A stretch of 63,685 nt of DNA, the filler included, from Barthelona sp. PAP020 (Eukaryota): NCBI GenBank assembly GCA_040182905.1. It is 13 parts of 13 records of this genome, joined end to end, with 100 filler letters (N's around TTAATTAATTAA, not from the genome) between each part and the next. Parts side by side here need not be neighbours in the genome. Positions count along the whole stretch, not along the records: positions 49,239 to 54,013 come from JARQWU010000650.1; positions 54,114 to 58,853 come from JARQWU010000651.1; positions 58,954 to 63,685 come from JARQWU010000652.1; 10 more parts are not named here. One strand, given 5' to 3'. How positions within the stretch are numbered: the first letter of the stretch is position 1; the number at the start of each line of letters is the position of its first letter. This document shows positions 53,688 through 63,685 of the stretch, piece after piece. Under the pieces are notes generated by a model that worked only from the letters and a program-made list of their open reading frames with translations, had not been told where the DNA came from and made no database searches. The position numbers were made by a program, and so were the translations under genes.

Positions 53688-54940
53688 CACAATTTCTGCA
53701 TTCCACTTAGTCATCAAGATTGAAGTTTAGTCACTATTTTCCCTCTGATTAAAAATCTTAAAAAGAGTGTTCTGTTCCTTATGATGAATTATGTTTGTTT
53801 CACTGCTATACTAGATTTTAAGTCGCTTTTACCTTTTGCCATTTTGAGATACCAAATGTTGGTGTCCAATCAACAAGAACAAAAAATATCAATTATAAAT
53901 GAAGTTACTTTTATTTATTTCAATTGAAGGTTTGTATACACTGAAAACCTCTTTGTGAAGGAAATTGAAGATGTAATTCTGCAAATTACCATCTTGTTTG
54001 TGGTTGTGTCTCCNNNNNNNNNNNNNNNNNNNNNNNNNNNNNNNNNNNNNNNNNNNNTTAATTAATTAANNNNNNNNNNNNNNNNNNNNNNNNNNNNNNN
54101 NNNNNNNNNNNNNACTGCAGATGAGTATTTTGAACAAGGAATTGAACGAATAATAGAAAAGAGCAACAGATTAAGCAATAAATATTATTCACCTTACAAA
54201 GGTAAGAAGTGATGTAGACAGAACAACTTTTATAAAAATACACTTTTTTTTCTTTCATTATGATGAAACTCTGTTTTGACTTGGAGTGAATGAGAGAAAA
54301 AACATGTTGATTCCAACAAAGAAAGCATAAAAATAATGAAAACTCATATTTACCAAAACAATAGTTTTCTATCAGAATTAATGGAAAAGAAGGAAAAAAA
54401 AATGGCTTAAAAGAATAATTGATTGTTTTGGTCTGCACAAATCCAACATTGACCATCATTCAGGCAGAGTTTTGCTCTTTTCCGTTCTTTAAAGGATACT
54501 TGTCCAAGTTTATCAAACAATTTTCCTTTCGTGAAAAGAAAATGAGAATTTTCAGAAACTCTTTTTTTTTTGCTCAAGTTAAAAAGGAAAATTTTTCAAT
54601 TTTGAAAGGTATCATTTCAATTACATTCTTAAATTTTACATTATTGAGATTAATCCCAATTTGTTGTTAAAAGAGGGAAGATGCATTTTAAAAATGGTTT
54701 AAATTCCTTGCTTTTCAATTTTAAATGATACCAACATATTTTTGCTATCATTAAAGGAAAGGGTTGTGTTCATTGAGAAGTTGGAGTAAAAAACTCCTGA
54801 AAAGCAATAAATGTTTGATGTCTTAAAATAGTGGTGTAAATTATTATTTTTGTTTTTATGAATGTTCTGGTTGAAACAAGAATGAAAGAAATTTGAAAAG
54901 GAAGGCTCTTTTTTTTATTCCAAATTTGTTTTCTTTACAA

Positions 54941-56553
54941 ATGCCAGCTCGTTCACTTAGGTTTCAACGTGGAGTTGATTCAGGAAGATATAAGAACGGT
55001 CGTTCACGTGAAATCACTCAGTCACGACGCACATTAAGGAGGCAAGATTTAAAAAGATTTCGTGATGACTTAGATCAAGATTTCACATCATCATTTTTGG
55101 AAGAAAGAGTAATATTAATGTTTTTTTAATATTGTAACTAACAATTAGCATGCAAAAATCACCAATCTTTGTCATATTATTGCTCAACATGATCCTTCGA
55201 CAGAAAAAGCAGCTTTGCAACAGTTGCGTCATGCAATCATACCACATCCACATCCTCACGATTTATTGCTTGAATTAGGAATAATTCCTCATATTGTCAA
55301 TGATTTGGAAGCTGAAGACAAAGATGTCAGATATTATGCCGCATGGATATTATCTAATCTTACATGTGGAGCTTCCAAACATACAACTGCTGTTGTGAAT
55401 GCTCAAGCTGTTGGGGCCATGATAGAAATAATGGGTGATTCTTCTAATGAAAATAAATTAAGAGAACAATGTGCTTGGACATTAGCTAATATTGCTGGTG
55501 ATGCGTTAATGTATCGTCATTTGGTGTTAAATAATGGTGCTATGGAAGTTCTTTTGAAATATTTATCCGAAACTAATTTAGCCACTTCTCAGTCTACATG
55601 TTTATGGGCAATTGGTAATTGTTTTAGACACAATCCCAGACCTGATTTTTATTTTTGTGAAATGGCAGCTCCTAGTATTATTAACATGTTAGTTAGTGCT
55701 GATGAAGGCGTTGTCAAACAAGCTTTATGGACATTAACATATATGACCGATAGACAATTTGATTCTGATGAAGATATTTCTGTTTTCTTAAACAATACAT
55801 TGATTCCAAATTTGTTTAAGCTCTATGACGATTGTTTGATCAATATTAAGCGTAATCAACAAGATGAGATTTTATGTCCTTTGGTCAGAGCCATTGGAAA
55901 TTTAATTGTCATGTTAAAGAAGAAAAACGTGGAACTTGATGAATTATTAGAACAAGATATTTTTAGGTATTTACAAGAAACTCTTGTTCATGCATCCACA
56001 GAACTTCAAGCAACTGCTTTGTGGTGTTTATCAAATGTTTGTGCAATTAAAGCATATTACAATATTTTGGTTATTGAATCAGGTATTTTAAATGAAGTTT
56101 TGCAAATATTATCATGCGATATTCCTGATTTACGCAGAGAAGCTTTATGGGTTGTGTCCAATTGTTTATACTTTTCAGATGCTCAAATTGTTTCTTGGTT
56201 TGTTGAAAATGGTGTCATTCCTCCACTTTGTGAACTTTTGTCATCATCCCAACATCTTATCATTTCATTAATTTTAGACAGCTTAAATAAAATCTTAGAT
56301 TTTGGAAAAGCCGTAATTCATCAAGGAGAAAATCTCTATAAGTTGTACATTTTGAAATGTGATGGATTTACTCAATTGGAAAGAATTGCCAATACCAGTC
56401 CTAATGGTCAAATACGTGCCCGGGCTGCAAAATTATTGGGAACTTATTTCGATTTAGATTATTCTGATTCTGACATGGAATTCAGTGCCAATGGTGTGGA
56501 TACTGATTCTGATGATGATTCTGATGATGATTACAATCAAAATGATGAGTCTA

Positions 56554-56586
<33 letters not shown>

Positions 56587-56660
56587 TTGATGTTGATGCT
56601 GCTAACCGCAGAAGATTTAGATCTGAAAACAATGAGGAAGATGATTATTTCTTTGACTAA
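54941..56660 (+). CDS. Importin-alpha-like ARM-repeat protein with acidic tail; exons 54941-55108 and 55149-56660
   Basis: IBB-like basic N-terminus; ARM motifs AAWILSNLTCG...HT..VV, EQCAWTLANIAGD, ALWCLSNV, RREALWVVSN; 40-nt intron. Confidence 0.85.
55109..55148 (+). other. Spliceosomal intron, 40 nt (importin-alpha-like gene)
   Basis: GTAATA...ACTAAC-AATTAG; joins the ORF from ATG 54941 in frame with the 55215 ORF. Confidence 0.88.
56553..56586 (+). repeat. (GAT)n coding microsatellite, poly-Asp
   Basis: About 11 tandem GAT units in the importin-alpha-like acidic tail. Confidence 0.9.
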
Positions 56661-56872
56661 TTTAAAAATAAATTTGTGGGTCATTCTATTTGCTTTTTTT
56701 TTTTAATTCTGCAATTGAATTGTATTCAATTCCATTGAAAAAGCTAAAAAAAAAGAAAAAGAATTGATTACAATTGATACAAATATTTACAGAATTGAAA
56801 CAAAAGGACTATTATAAGAAGACAATTCACATAATAGAACTATTATTTTTGTAAAACAAATGTTGGAATAAT

Positions 56873-58405
56873 CTACGCTAATCTTGTTCCAAATTCATTG
56901 TTCCATACATTTAAATCGTTAATTTGTTGTTTTGAAACACTTGGAGTGACAGAATTCATGGCTTTATGAATGTCATTTCCATTAATCTTACGAATGTCTT
57001 CGGCAGAAATGCTTCTCAAAGCTTTTGAACTTAATTCTCTCATAGGAATCCAAAGTGCATTCTTACAAATTACAGAAATGTCTGAACCAGAATATCCTTC
57101 GGTTTGTTGAGCCAAAATGTTGTAATCATTTTCTTTCAAATTGGATCTAGAATCTAATAATCCTCTGAATATTGCTTTTCTAGCCTCAAAATCAGGAAGA
57201 GGAATCAAGACCCTCACTTCAAAACGTCTAATAACTGCAGGGTCCAATACTTCTGGACAATTGGTAGCTCCAATAACTAATAATTGTTTTTCACTCTTGA
57301 CCAAACCATCAATTTGAACCAAAAATTCGGTTTTCATCATAATATTTTTATCATCACTGGTTCTAACACCTAATGCAGAATCAAGTTCATCCATAAATAT
57401 TACAGCAGGTGCAACAAATCGTGCTAAAGCAAAAAGCACACGTACTAATCTTGCAGACTCACCAACAAATTTAGAAACAATATTTGCAGCCGAAATAGAA
57501 AAAAATGTTACATCCAATTCAGCACAAACAGCCCTAGCAAGCATAGTTTTACCAGTTCCAGGAGGTCCAAACAACAAAATACCTTTGGGAGCCGTTAACA
57601 AATCTTGAAATAGATCAGGACGAACTAAAGGTAAAACAACTGATTCTTGTAATATACTCTTAGTTTCATTCAATCCTTTAATATCATCAAAACTGAAAGA
57701 AGATTGTTCATTCACTGGAATAATGGAGCCTATCAGTTCAGTAATAAGGCTCTCCCCCAAAACTTTAAGATCTTCTGGAATTTTTCCTTTTAATAACAAT
57801 TCCACCCGCCTTTGTCGAGACATATCTTCTATTTTGGTTCTTGTATTTGATTTCTTACTTGTGGAGATATTCTTTTCTCGAGAACTTTTTCGGGTAACGT
57901 TACTAGATTTAATTCCATTCTTACCAACGTTTGCACTCAAATTTCTAAAATTCGAACTGTTTGTTCTTTTTTCTTTTTTTGGATTATTCAGTCGATTTCT
58001 TTCAATAATTTGCGTTTGTTTTTCTGCGATTGATAAATTATTGTCAACATGATTGATACTATTGTTTGTGTGATTTTCGTTTGATTTATTTTCTTCTCTA
58101 CTTTGTATTGTCAAATGCCCAACAGAAGGACGTAATTTTATCTCAAGTAATTGTATTTTCTTTTGTATGACAGAAACCAAATCCATCAATTTAATTTTTT
58201 GTTGAGGGTCAAAGAAATTGACTGTATTTGCTAACAAAATGTTCATCTTATTTACAGCAATATTCAACTCTTTTCTTGCTTCTTCAGGCTGATTTGAAAT
58301 CTTTTCCAGGGCTGAGTTACAAAGTTGATGAAATTCTCTGACAATTGTTTGTTGGATAGTAAAATCTTCGTAATCAATCGATATATTATTCTTTCTAAAC
58401 ACCAT
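56873..58405 (-). CDS. Meiotic-clade AAA ATPase (spastin/fidgetin/katanin-like) with MIT-like N-terminus
   Basis: FDDIKGL...K..LQESVVLP, KGILLFGPPGTGKTMLARA, SKFVGES, IFMDELDS, KTEFLVQIDG, IGATN.P..LD.A..RRF, TEGYSGSDI, WNNEFG. Likely start is ATG 58405. Confidence 0.9.
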   Translation of the reverse strand: MVFRKNNISIDYEDFTIQQTIVREFHQLCNSALEKISNQPEEARKELNIAVNKMNILLANTVNFFDPQQKIKLMDLVSVIQKKIQLLEIKLRPSVGHLTIQSREENKSNENHTNNSINHVDNNLSIAEKQTQIIERNRLNNPKKEKRTNSSNFRNLSANVGKNGIKSSNVTRKSSREKNISTSKKSNTRTKIEDMSRQRRVELLLKGKIPEDLKVLGESLITELIGSIIPVNEQSSFSFDDIKGLNETKSILQESVVLPLVRPDLFQDLLTAPKGILLFGPPGTGKTMLARAVCAELDVTFFSISAANIVSKFVGESARLVRVLFALARFVAPAVIFMDELDSALGVRTSDDKNIMMKTEFLVQIDGLVKSEKQLLVIGATNCPEVLDPAVIRRFEVRVLIPLPDFEARKAIFRGLLDSRSNLKENDYNILAQQTEGYSGSDISVICKNALWIPMRELSSKALRSISAEDIRKINGNDIHKAMNSVTPSVSKQQINDLNVWNNEFGTRLA

Positions 58406-59275
58406 AAACTTTGATAAAAAACCAATTTTCAACAAAAAACATTTTTGTCAAAGAAACATTTTTCTTATTCACATAAATATTTTATCCAAAAGAAAATATC
58501 ATTATTATAAAATAATCAATATCCCATGTAAAAAATCCATCTTTCCATCAAAATCAAAATATGAAATGTGAAGGAAGCACCATTCATGCTTTGTTTTTGC
58601 ATTCAATATTTTGTTAATAGGTATAAGAATAATTATTTTAGTCAATTCTAATTCTTTTAAGGCAAGAAGTAAAAAATTTTCCCCCCAATACTTTAATTTA
58701 AAATCCAAAAAAAGACCGTAAGTGTTTACAGATTAGCTAATTAATTGTTTTCTAAGTTTTGCGGGAAAATTTTTTCCTGCGCAGGAAAAATTTTCCTTCC
58801 CATTTTTGGCAAATATGAAATTTTTTTTTTCACATAAACATACTTTTTGATATNNNNNNNNNNNNNNNNNNNNNNNNNNNNNNNNNNNNNNNNNNNNTTA
58901 ATTAATTAANNNNNNNNNNNNNNNNNNNNNNNNNNNNNNNNNNNNNNNNNNNNACAGGCAACTATCAATCGCCACAAAACAAAAATACCGAATGAAAACA
59001 AAATTGAAAATATGAAATTGCCAATTCCAGAAAAAAATAATTATTTGAAGAAAGCACAGGAGAAATATGGTATCAATAAAAGTAGTGAGCAAAACGAGGT
59101 GGAAAATCAAGAAAATGTTACCGGACACTTTTTCAAACTAAATTCTACAAAACAAATAAACGTCAAAAATTTGTAAATGCTGTATTAATTTGCTCTTTTT
59201 TTTTTATTTTGATGACTTTATTAATACAATTCAAAGAAATTTTGAGAATTCCATCCATCATGAAAATAAGGAAGA

Positions 59276-61759
59276 ATGGACATTCCTTCAAATAATGTTT
59301 TTTTTTCCATGTCCAACGTTGTGAAAAATTTTCAAAATTTGCTGTTAGAAACAGTAAAGAATAATTTTGGTGATTTTCAACAAATTATTGAGACAATTGA
59401 ATTTGATTCTGTCTTTTCTCTTCTTTCTGAATGTGATATACCTGTTGTTGATATTGCAACAAAACTTGCTTCTGGTTTTATGGACAGTAAGAATGCAGAG
59501 GAAGAAGGAAAAGTATTATTTTTCAGAATACTTTGGTTATCTTCAAATTTTGAAGAAATGTTGTACAATCAAGCTGCTTTAATAAATGATACAAAATTTA
59601 AACAATTGATGAGCCAGTTTCATGATAATTGTGAATCTGCCAAAGTCATTATTGAAAAGAGTATGAATCGTGGATTTTTTGGACATTGTTTTTTTGGAAG
59701 TGGGGATTTAGAGAAAATAAAAGAATTACATCAAAAGTTTGACAGTTTGAATGGGGACTTGAATGTAATGTTGACTACATGCAGTCTTAACATTATTCCT
59801 GATGAAATTTCAAACAAGATCACCAATCATTTATTCCAAGTAAACGAAAAGCTAATAGATGAGATGCAAAAGAATTTTGGTGCGATTAAAGAATATCAAA
59901 GACAGACAAATGACAAACTTTCTTATTTAATATCAAAAATTGAATCAAAATCACATGAAAACGATATTAAAGAGGTTTTAAACAAAATTCAACAACCAGA
60001 GAATAAACAAAATAACTTAGACTTTGACATTCCTGAAATTAGTTTTGACAGAATAAGTGCATTGGAAGAGATAGGTCGAGGTGGATATGCGACCATTTAC
60101 AAGGGAAAGTATCAAAGAGGAGATGTTGCGGTTAAGTTTCCATATGACTCTTCAAAAGAGTTAATCATGAGTGAATGCATTGCAGCAACATTTATTCATC
60201 AGTATATTTGTCGCATTTATGGTTTAACTTGCAAAGATGGCAAATGGGGATATGTCATGGAATATTGTACCTCTTGTTTGAACAAAGAAATGCATTTAAT
60301 GACAGTCATTCAAAAACTTGAATGTATGTTGCAATTGGCAGATGCATTGAATTTTTGTCACAGTAAAGGTGTTATTCATCGTGATGTTACGCCCAAAAAT
60401 GTACTTATCAGAAATGACGGAACAATAGCCCTTTGTGATTTTGGTTTAATTCGTTCTTTTAAAAGGAACAGTGTTCTGTCCAAATTTGGAACCGTTCGTT
60501 ACATGCCACCAGAAATTTTTACCCAAGAAAATGCCGTTACACATCCAGGAATTGATTATTGGGCATTTGCTGTGACTTTTTTTGAGGTGATGACGGGTTA
60601 TATTCCTTTTGATGGTGTTCCTGATCATATGGTTAATTTGAAGTTGTGTACTGGAATGAAGCCTTTCAGTGATATTGAGCGAATTATTGGACATGAGTTC
60701 ATATCCAAGTGTTTTGATTCCAAACCTGAAAAAAGGCCCACTTTTTCAGAGATCGTTGAATTTGTTGAAATGTTAATTGACCAGTTGGAAACTTTAAACA
60801 AAAGTGATTATAAAAATCCATTCATTTTCAATGAAATTCGAGTTCTTCGTACAGTTGAAAGGTTCAAGGAAATCCCATTATTTAGTGATATATTTCCGGA
60901 TGCTAGTGTTAATATTCTTGATTACAGCTCTGATGGACGTTTTTTTGCGATTATAGGATATTACAGCCAAATACTTAGAGTCTACAACGCTAAAACACAT
61001 GAAATTGTTCATGAAAGGAAATATTTGAGAGGTAGGGGTCTAAATTTTAGTCCAGACTCTCAATTGTTGGCTGTTGGTGGTTTAGGACCGATAATTCATA
61101 TCATTGAAGTTGATACGTGGAGAACACTCAGAGTGATTAATGATATGGCAAAGGATGTCGCTCGTATTTGGTTCTCTTCAGATGGAAAATTGCTTTCATT
61201 TGGTATGCAGGATGGTTACATTGCCATATACACAGTCCAAGGACAGAAGTTGTATGAATTTCAAGCACATGAAGATTATGTCAAATCTGTACATATTAGC
61301 TCCGACATGAAGTACTTTGCTTCTGTCAGTGATGATGGATGTTCAAAGTTGTTTTCATTAGAAACGTATGAAGAGCTTCACACCTGGAATCATGATGGGC
61401 ATTGGGTAATGTCAGGTAGCTTTTCCCCTGATAGTGTTTCTTGGGTAACAGGTGATGCTTCTGGCACATTGAATGTATTCGACGTCAATTCTGGAGGATT
61501 ATTGACAAAGTATAAAGTGCATACCAATTGGATACATTCTGTAATCTTCTCTCCAGATGGTTCATGTATATATTCTGGTTCTGCTGATAAATCATTTGCT
61601 GTGATTCGAAGAAAAACAGGTGAAGTTCTGCAGAAAGTAAATGTTTGTTTTAACATGTGTTGTATGGCTCTGAATCACAATGGAACTCGTTTTTTATGTA
61701 GTGGTGATAATTACCCTGATAATGCTCCGATTCAAGAATTTATTGAATTGAATTTGTAA
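59276..61759 (+). CDS. Helical N-terminal domain (MLKL-NTD/HeLo-like) + TKL-type protein kinase + WD40 propeller
   Basis: Kinase IGRGGYATIYKG, VAVK, HRDVTPKNVL, DFG, GTVRYMPPE; WD40 repeats (HEDYVKSVHISSD, HTNWIHSVIFSPDG...SGSADKS). Start is 59276 or 59309. Confidence 0.88.
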   Translation: MDIPSNNVFFSMSNVVKNFQNLLLETVKNNFGDFQQIIETIEFDSVFSLLSECDIPVVDIATKLASGFMDSKNAEEEGKVLFFRILWLSSNFEEMLYNQAALINDTKFKQLMSQFHDNCESAKVIIEKSMNRGFFGHCFFGSGDLEKIKELHQKFDSLNGDLNVMLTTCSLNIIPDEISNKITNHLFQVNEKLIDEMQKNFGAIKEYQRQTNDKLSYLISKIESKSHENDIKEVLNKIQQPENKQNNLDFDIPEISFDRISALEEIGRGGYATIYKGKYQRGDVAVKFPYDSSKELIMSECIAATFIHQYICRIYGLTCKDGKWGYVMEYCTSCLNKEMHLMTVIQKLECMLQLADALNFCHSKGVIHRDVTPKNVLIRNDGTIALCDFGLIRSFKRNSVLSKFGTVRYMPPEIFTQENAVTHPGIDYWAFAVTFFEVMTGYIPFDGVPDHMVNLKLCTGMKPFSDIERIIGHEFISKCFDSKPEKRPTFSEIVEFVEMLIDQLETLNKSDYKNPFIFNEIRVLRTVERFKEIPLFSDIFPDASVNILDYSSDGRFFAIIGYYSQILRVYNAKTHEIVHERKYLRGRGLNFSPDSQLLAVGGLGPIIHIIEVDTWRTLRVINDMAKDVARIWFSSDGKLLSFGMQDGYIAIYTVQGQKLYEFQAHEDYVKSVHISSDMKYFASVSDDGCSKLFSLETYEELHTWNHDGHWVMSGSFSPDSVSWVTGDASGTLNVFDVNSGGLLTKYKVHTNWIHSVIFSPDGSCIYSGSADKSFAVIRRKTGEVLQKVNVCFNMCCMALNHNGTRFLCSGDNYPDNAPIQEFIELNL

Positions 61760-61824
61760 AGCTCCTATATTGTCCTTTGCTTTTTTATTCTTCCCCAAAA
61801 TGTTATTGATTTCCATACTTGCTA

Positions 61825-62140
61825 AAATCTTTGATCTTTTGCAAGTGAACTACAAGAAACCTTAAATAATTAAAAAAATTTCAAAAGCATTGAAGCTTTC
61901 TGGTTCTTTGGAACAATTACAACTGCAAGCATTTCACACAGTGCATAAAAATTTCCTATGCAGAACGGTCTTTGGAATAAAAGCATTAAAGTGAGAGATC
62001 CCAAAAAGGAACGTTACACCTGCCTATCTAAGGAAAAATAAAGATTTATTATTTGTTTAAAAATTATCTAGAGGCCAGTATCAAGTTTAAAAAGATTTAG
62101 AAAACGTTTGGTATGAAGAAAAAATTAGAATGAAAATACT
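61825..62140 (+). repeat. Repeat family B, copy 4 (diverged)
   Basis: CAAGTGAACTACAAGAAAC, GAACAATTA, ATTTCACA, GAGAGATCCCAAAAAGGAACG, AAGATTTATTATTT collinear with the other copies. Confidence 0.65.
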
Positions 62141-62689
62141 TTGGCCTGTTTGAAGTTTTTTTTCATACTTCCTCATTTTCAACAAATTAATGATGATATT
62201 ATTTTATCTTTTATTTGATGTTTGTTTTTTAATAATTGAAATTTTTTGTTGAGTGAAAAAGGATATTGTTTTGAATTTCCTTTGCAGTCATCCTTTGTTA
62301 TGATTCCCGAAAAGAGCTCCTAAACCTACTCTTCATATAAATAAAAATTACTATAAAGCAGCCCCTTGTCCGGTGTTTCTTCTTCTTTGTTAGTACCTCT
62401 TTTAACAAGACCCATAAGCTCATCAAAAACGGTTCTAAGCTGGCGAACTTCTTTTTTTGAAGAATCCAATTCCTGTGATTCTGTATTGTTCATAAATATT
62501 GCTTTTGATGAATTTCTTTTAAATTATCTTTCTTTGTTTGAACTTTTGCTCATCATAAATTCAAAAAATGGCCAATTCCCCTTTTGAAAACGGTTTCTTC
62601 TTCATCATTTTTTGGGGAAGGGGAAGAGAAGAAGAAGGAGAAGGAGAGGGAGGGAAAAAGAATAGAATTGTGAGTTTTGGGACAATCAG

Positions 62690-62905
62690 CACTTCAAAAA
62701 TTTCACATGTTCATAAAACAGCCCTCCATTCCAGTCTACCTTTAAAATAAAAGATTCAAGCCCGAAAGATTCCAGAAAGGAACGCTTAACCTACAATATA
62801 AATATGGAATAAGGTTTATTTTTCTCGAATTTCTTCACGTGAGGCGCCAATCTTAAGTTAAGAAAATTTTTGGAAATGTTTCGTACAAAAAAAAAACAAT
62901 AAATC
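62690..62905 (+). repeat. Repeat family B, copy 5 (3' part, diverged)
   Basis: AATTTCACAT, AAATAAAAGA, TTCCAGAAAGGAACGCT, AGGTTTATT, TGAGGCGCC, GGAAATGTTTCGTACAAAA. Confidence 0.65.
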
Positions 62906-63024
62906 TGACAATAAAAAATCTTTACAAATACAATATAGTAAAAAAAAATCTTTTTGCTTTCCTTATCAAAATAATTGATAAATTAGAATTGAAGAAAAAT
63001 TAAGAATTTCAAAAAAACTATCCT

Positions 63025-63685
63025 TTATTCATCATCAGAATCCGATTCAACTTGAGTTATATCTTCAGAATTTAAATTAAACTGTGCAAGATTAACAGAT
63101 TTTAAATTTGATTTCACCAAGTTCTCAACAGGGATCACTTTTGAAACCAACATCTTCATTGTTTCTGAATGGGCTAAAGAACGACTATGAACCAATTCAT
63201 GCAACTCTTCTTCTTCTTCTTCCTTTAATTGAAGATTCTTTTCCTTTAACTTGTTCATAGATGCACTATTTTGAGTCTTTCTACCTCTAAACAATGCAAT
63301 TAAGGGACAAACAACAAATACAAAACAAACAAGTATCACACCTATCAAAGTAATCGTATTGGCAGATCCATCGCTCAAGTAATTATCGGTTGTCAATAAA
63401 GTGGAACCAACAACAGATACAATCAAGAAACGCATGATCACATCCATAGCATTTTCTAAATAATCAGAAAAGGGTCTGGTTAAAGAGGCCAAGAAGTAAA
63501 CAGCAACAATGACACCCGCTGAAATAATTTTAAGACGGAAAACATCTGTACTAAGCATAAAGACCATTGGAACCAATAATAGCAACCTTTCAAACATTTG
63601 GAAGATCTTGTAGTATCTCATTTCACGTCGATAAGACTGATAAAGATAAGAAGTAGCTGTAGCAAACTCACGAACAGAATCGTTC
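63025..63685 (-). CDS. 3' part of a multi-pass membrane protein; 5' end lies beyond the window
   Basis: Frame open to the window edge: SYLYQSYRREMRYYKIFQMFERLLLL...TRPFSDYLENAMDV, about 4 TM helices, acidic tail. Confidence 0.75.
   Translation of the reverse strand, partial: NDSVREFATATSYLYQSYRREMRYYKIFQMFERLLLLVPMVFMLSTDVFRLKIISAGVIVAVYFLASLTRPFSDYLENAMDVIMRFLIVSVVGSTLLTTDNYLSDGSANTITLIGVILVCFVFVVCPLIALFRGRKTQNSASMNKLKEKNLQLKEEEEEELHELVHSRSLAHSETMKMLVSKVIPVENLVKSNLKSVNLAQFNLNSEDITQVESDSDDE

Noticed and set aside
56485..56706. Poly-Met and poly-Ile ORFs
   Set aside because: Alternate frames of the (GAT)n poly-Asp tract.
4871..58953. Regular ~4.9-kb periodicity and repeated TTAATTAATTAA as a biological array, or the window as one gene cluster
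   Set aside because: Artificial six-frame-stop linkers between size-sorted contigs; genes are cut at them.
62326..62560. In-frame TAA in a protein-like minus frame (MMSKSSNKER*FKRN...) as evidence of stop-codon reassignment
   Set aside because: All long conserved genes read without internal stops and end in TAA, TAG or TGA; more likely a pseudogene fragment or chance.

Overview
AT-rich eukaryotic DNA, not prokaryotic. The window is 13 unrelated contigs of about 4.7-4.9 kb, roughly size-sorted and joined by an artificial 100-nt linker (N44-TTAATTAATTAA-N44), so gene order across linkers means nothing. Genes are densely packed, use the standard code and are mostly intronless; five 36-44 nt GT-AG introns are visible, each with a branchpoint close to the 3' splice site. 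Gene content suggests an anaerobic or microaerophilic flagellated protist, possibly metamonad-like (inference): flagellar genes (enkurin, RABL2, Fused/STK36, probable IFT122 and LRRC71), ADP-forming acetyl-CoA synthetase, cofactor-independent PGM, ESCRT-III, ATG5, HMGR, DHS and RIO2. One tRNA-Leu(CAA) and three families of dispersed non-coding repeats are present. Most interesting: (1) a C-terminal module I cannot name, ending WDLIDINxxNGGN, shared by two WD40 proteins and an ankyrin protein; (2) an MLKL/HeLo-like helical bundle + intact kinase + WD40 protein, a candidate immune or cell-death receptor; (3) a bacterial-type DUF2589 gene carrying a spliceosomal intron; (4) a ~300-nt repeat whose stems show compensatory changes; (5) a spliced, membrane-anchored metallothionein-like microprotein missed by the ORF track. 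All family assignments come from motif recognition by eye; no database search was run.
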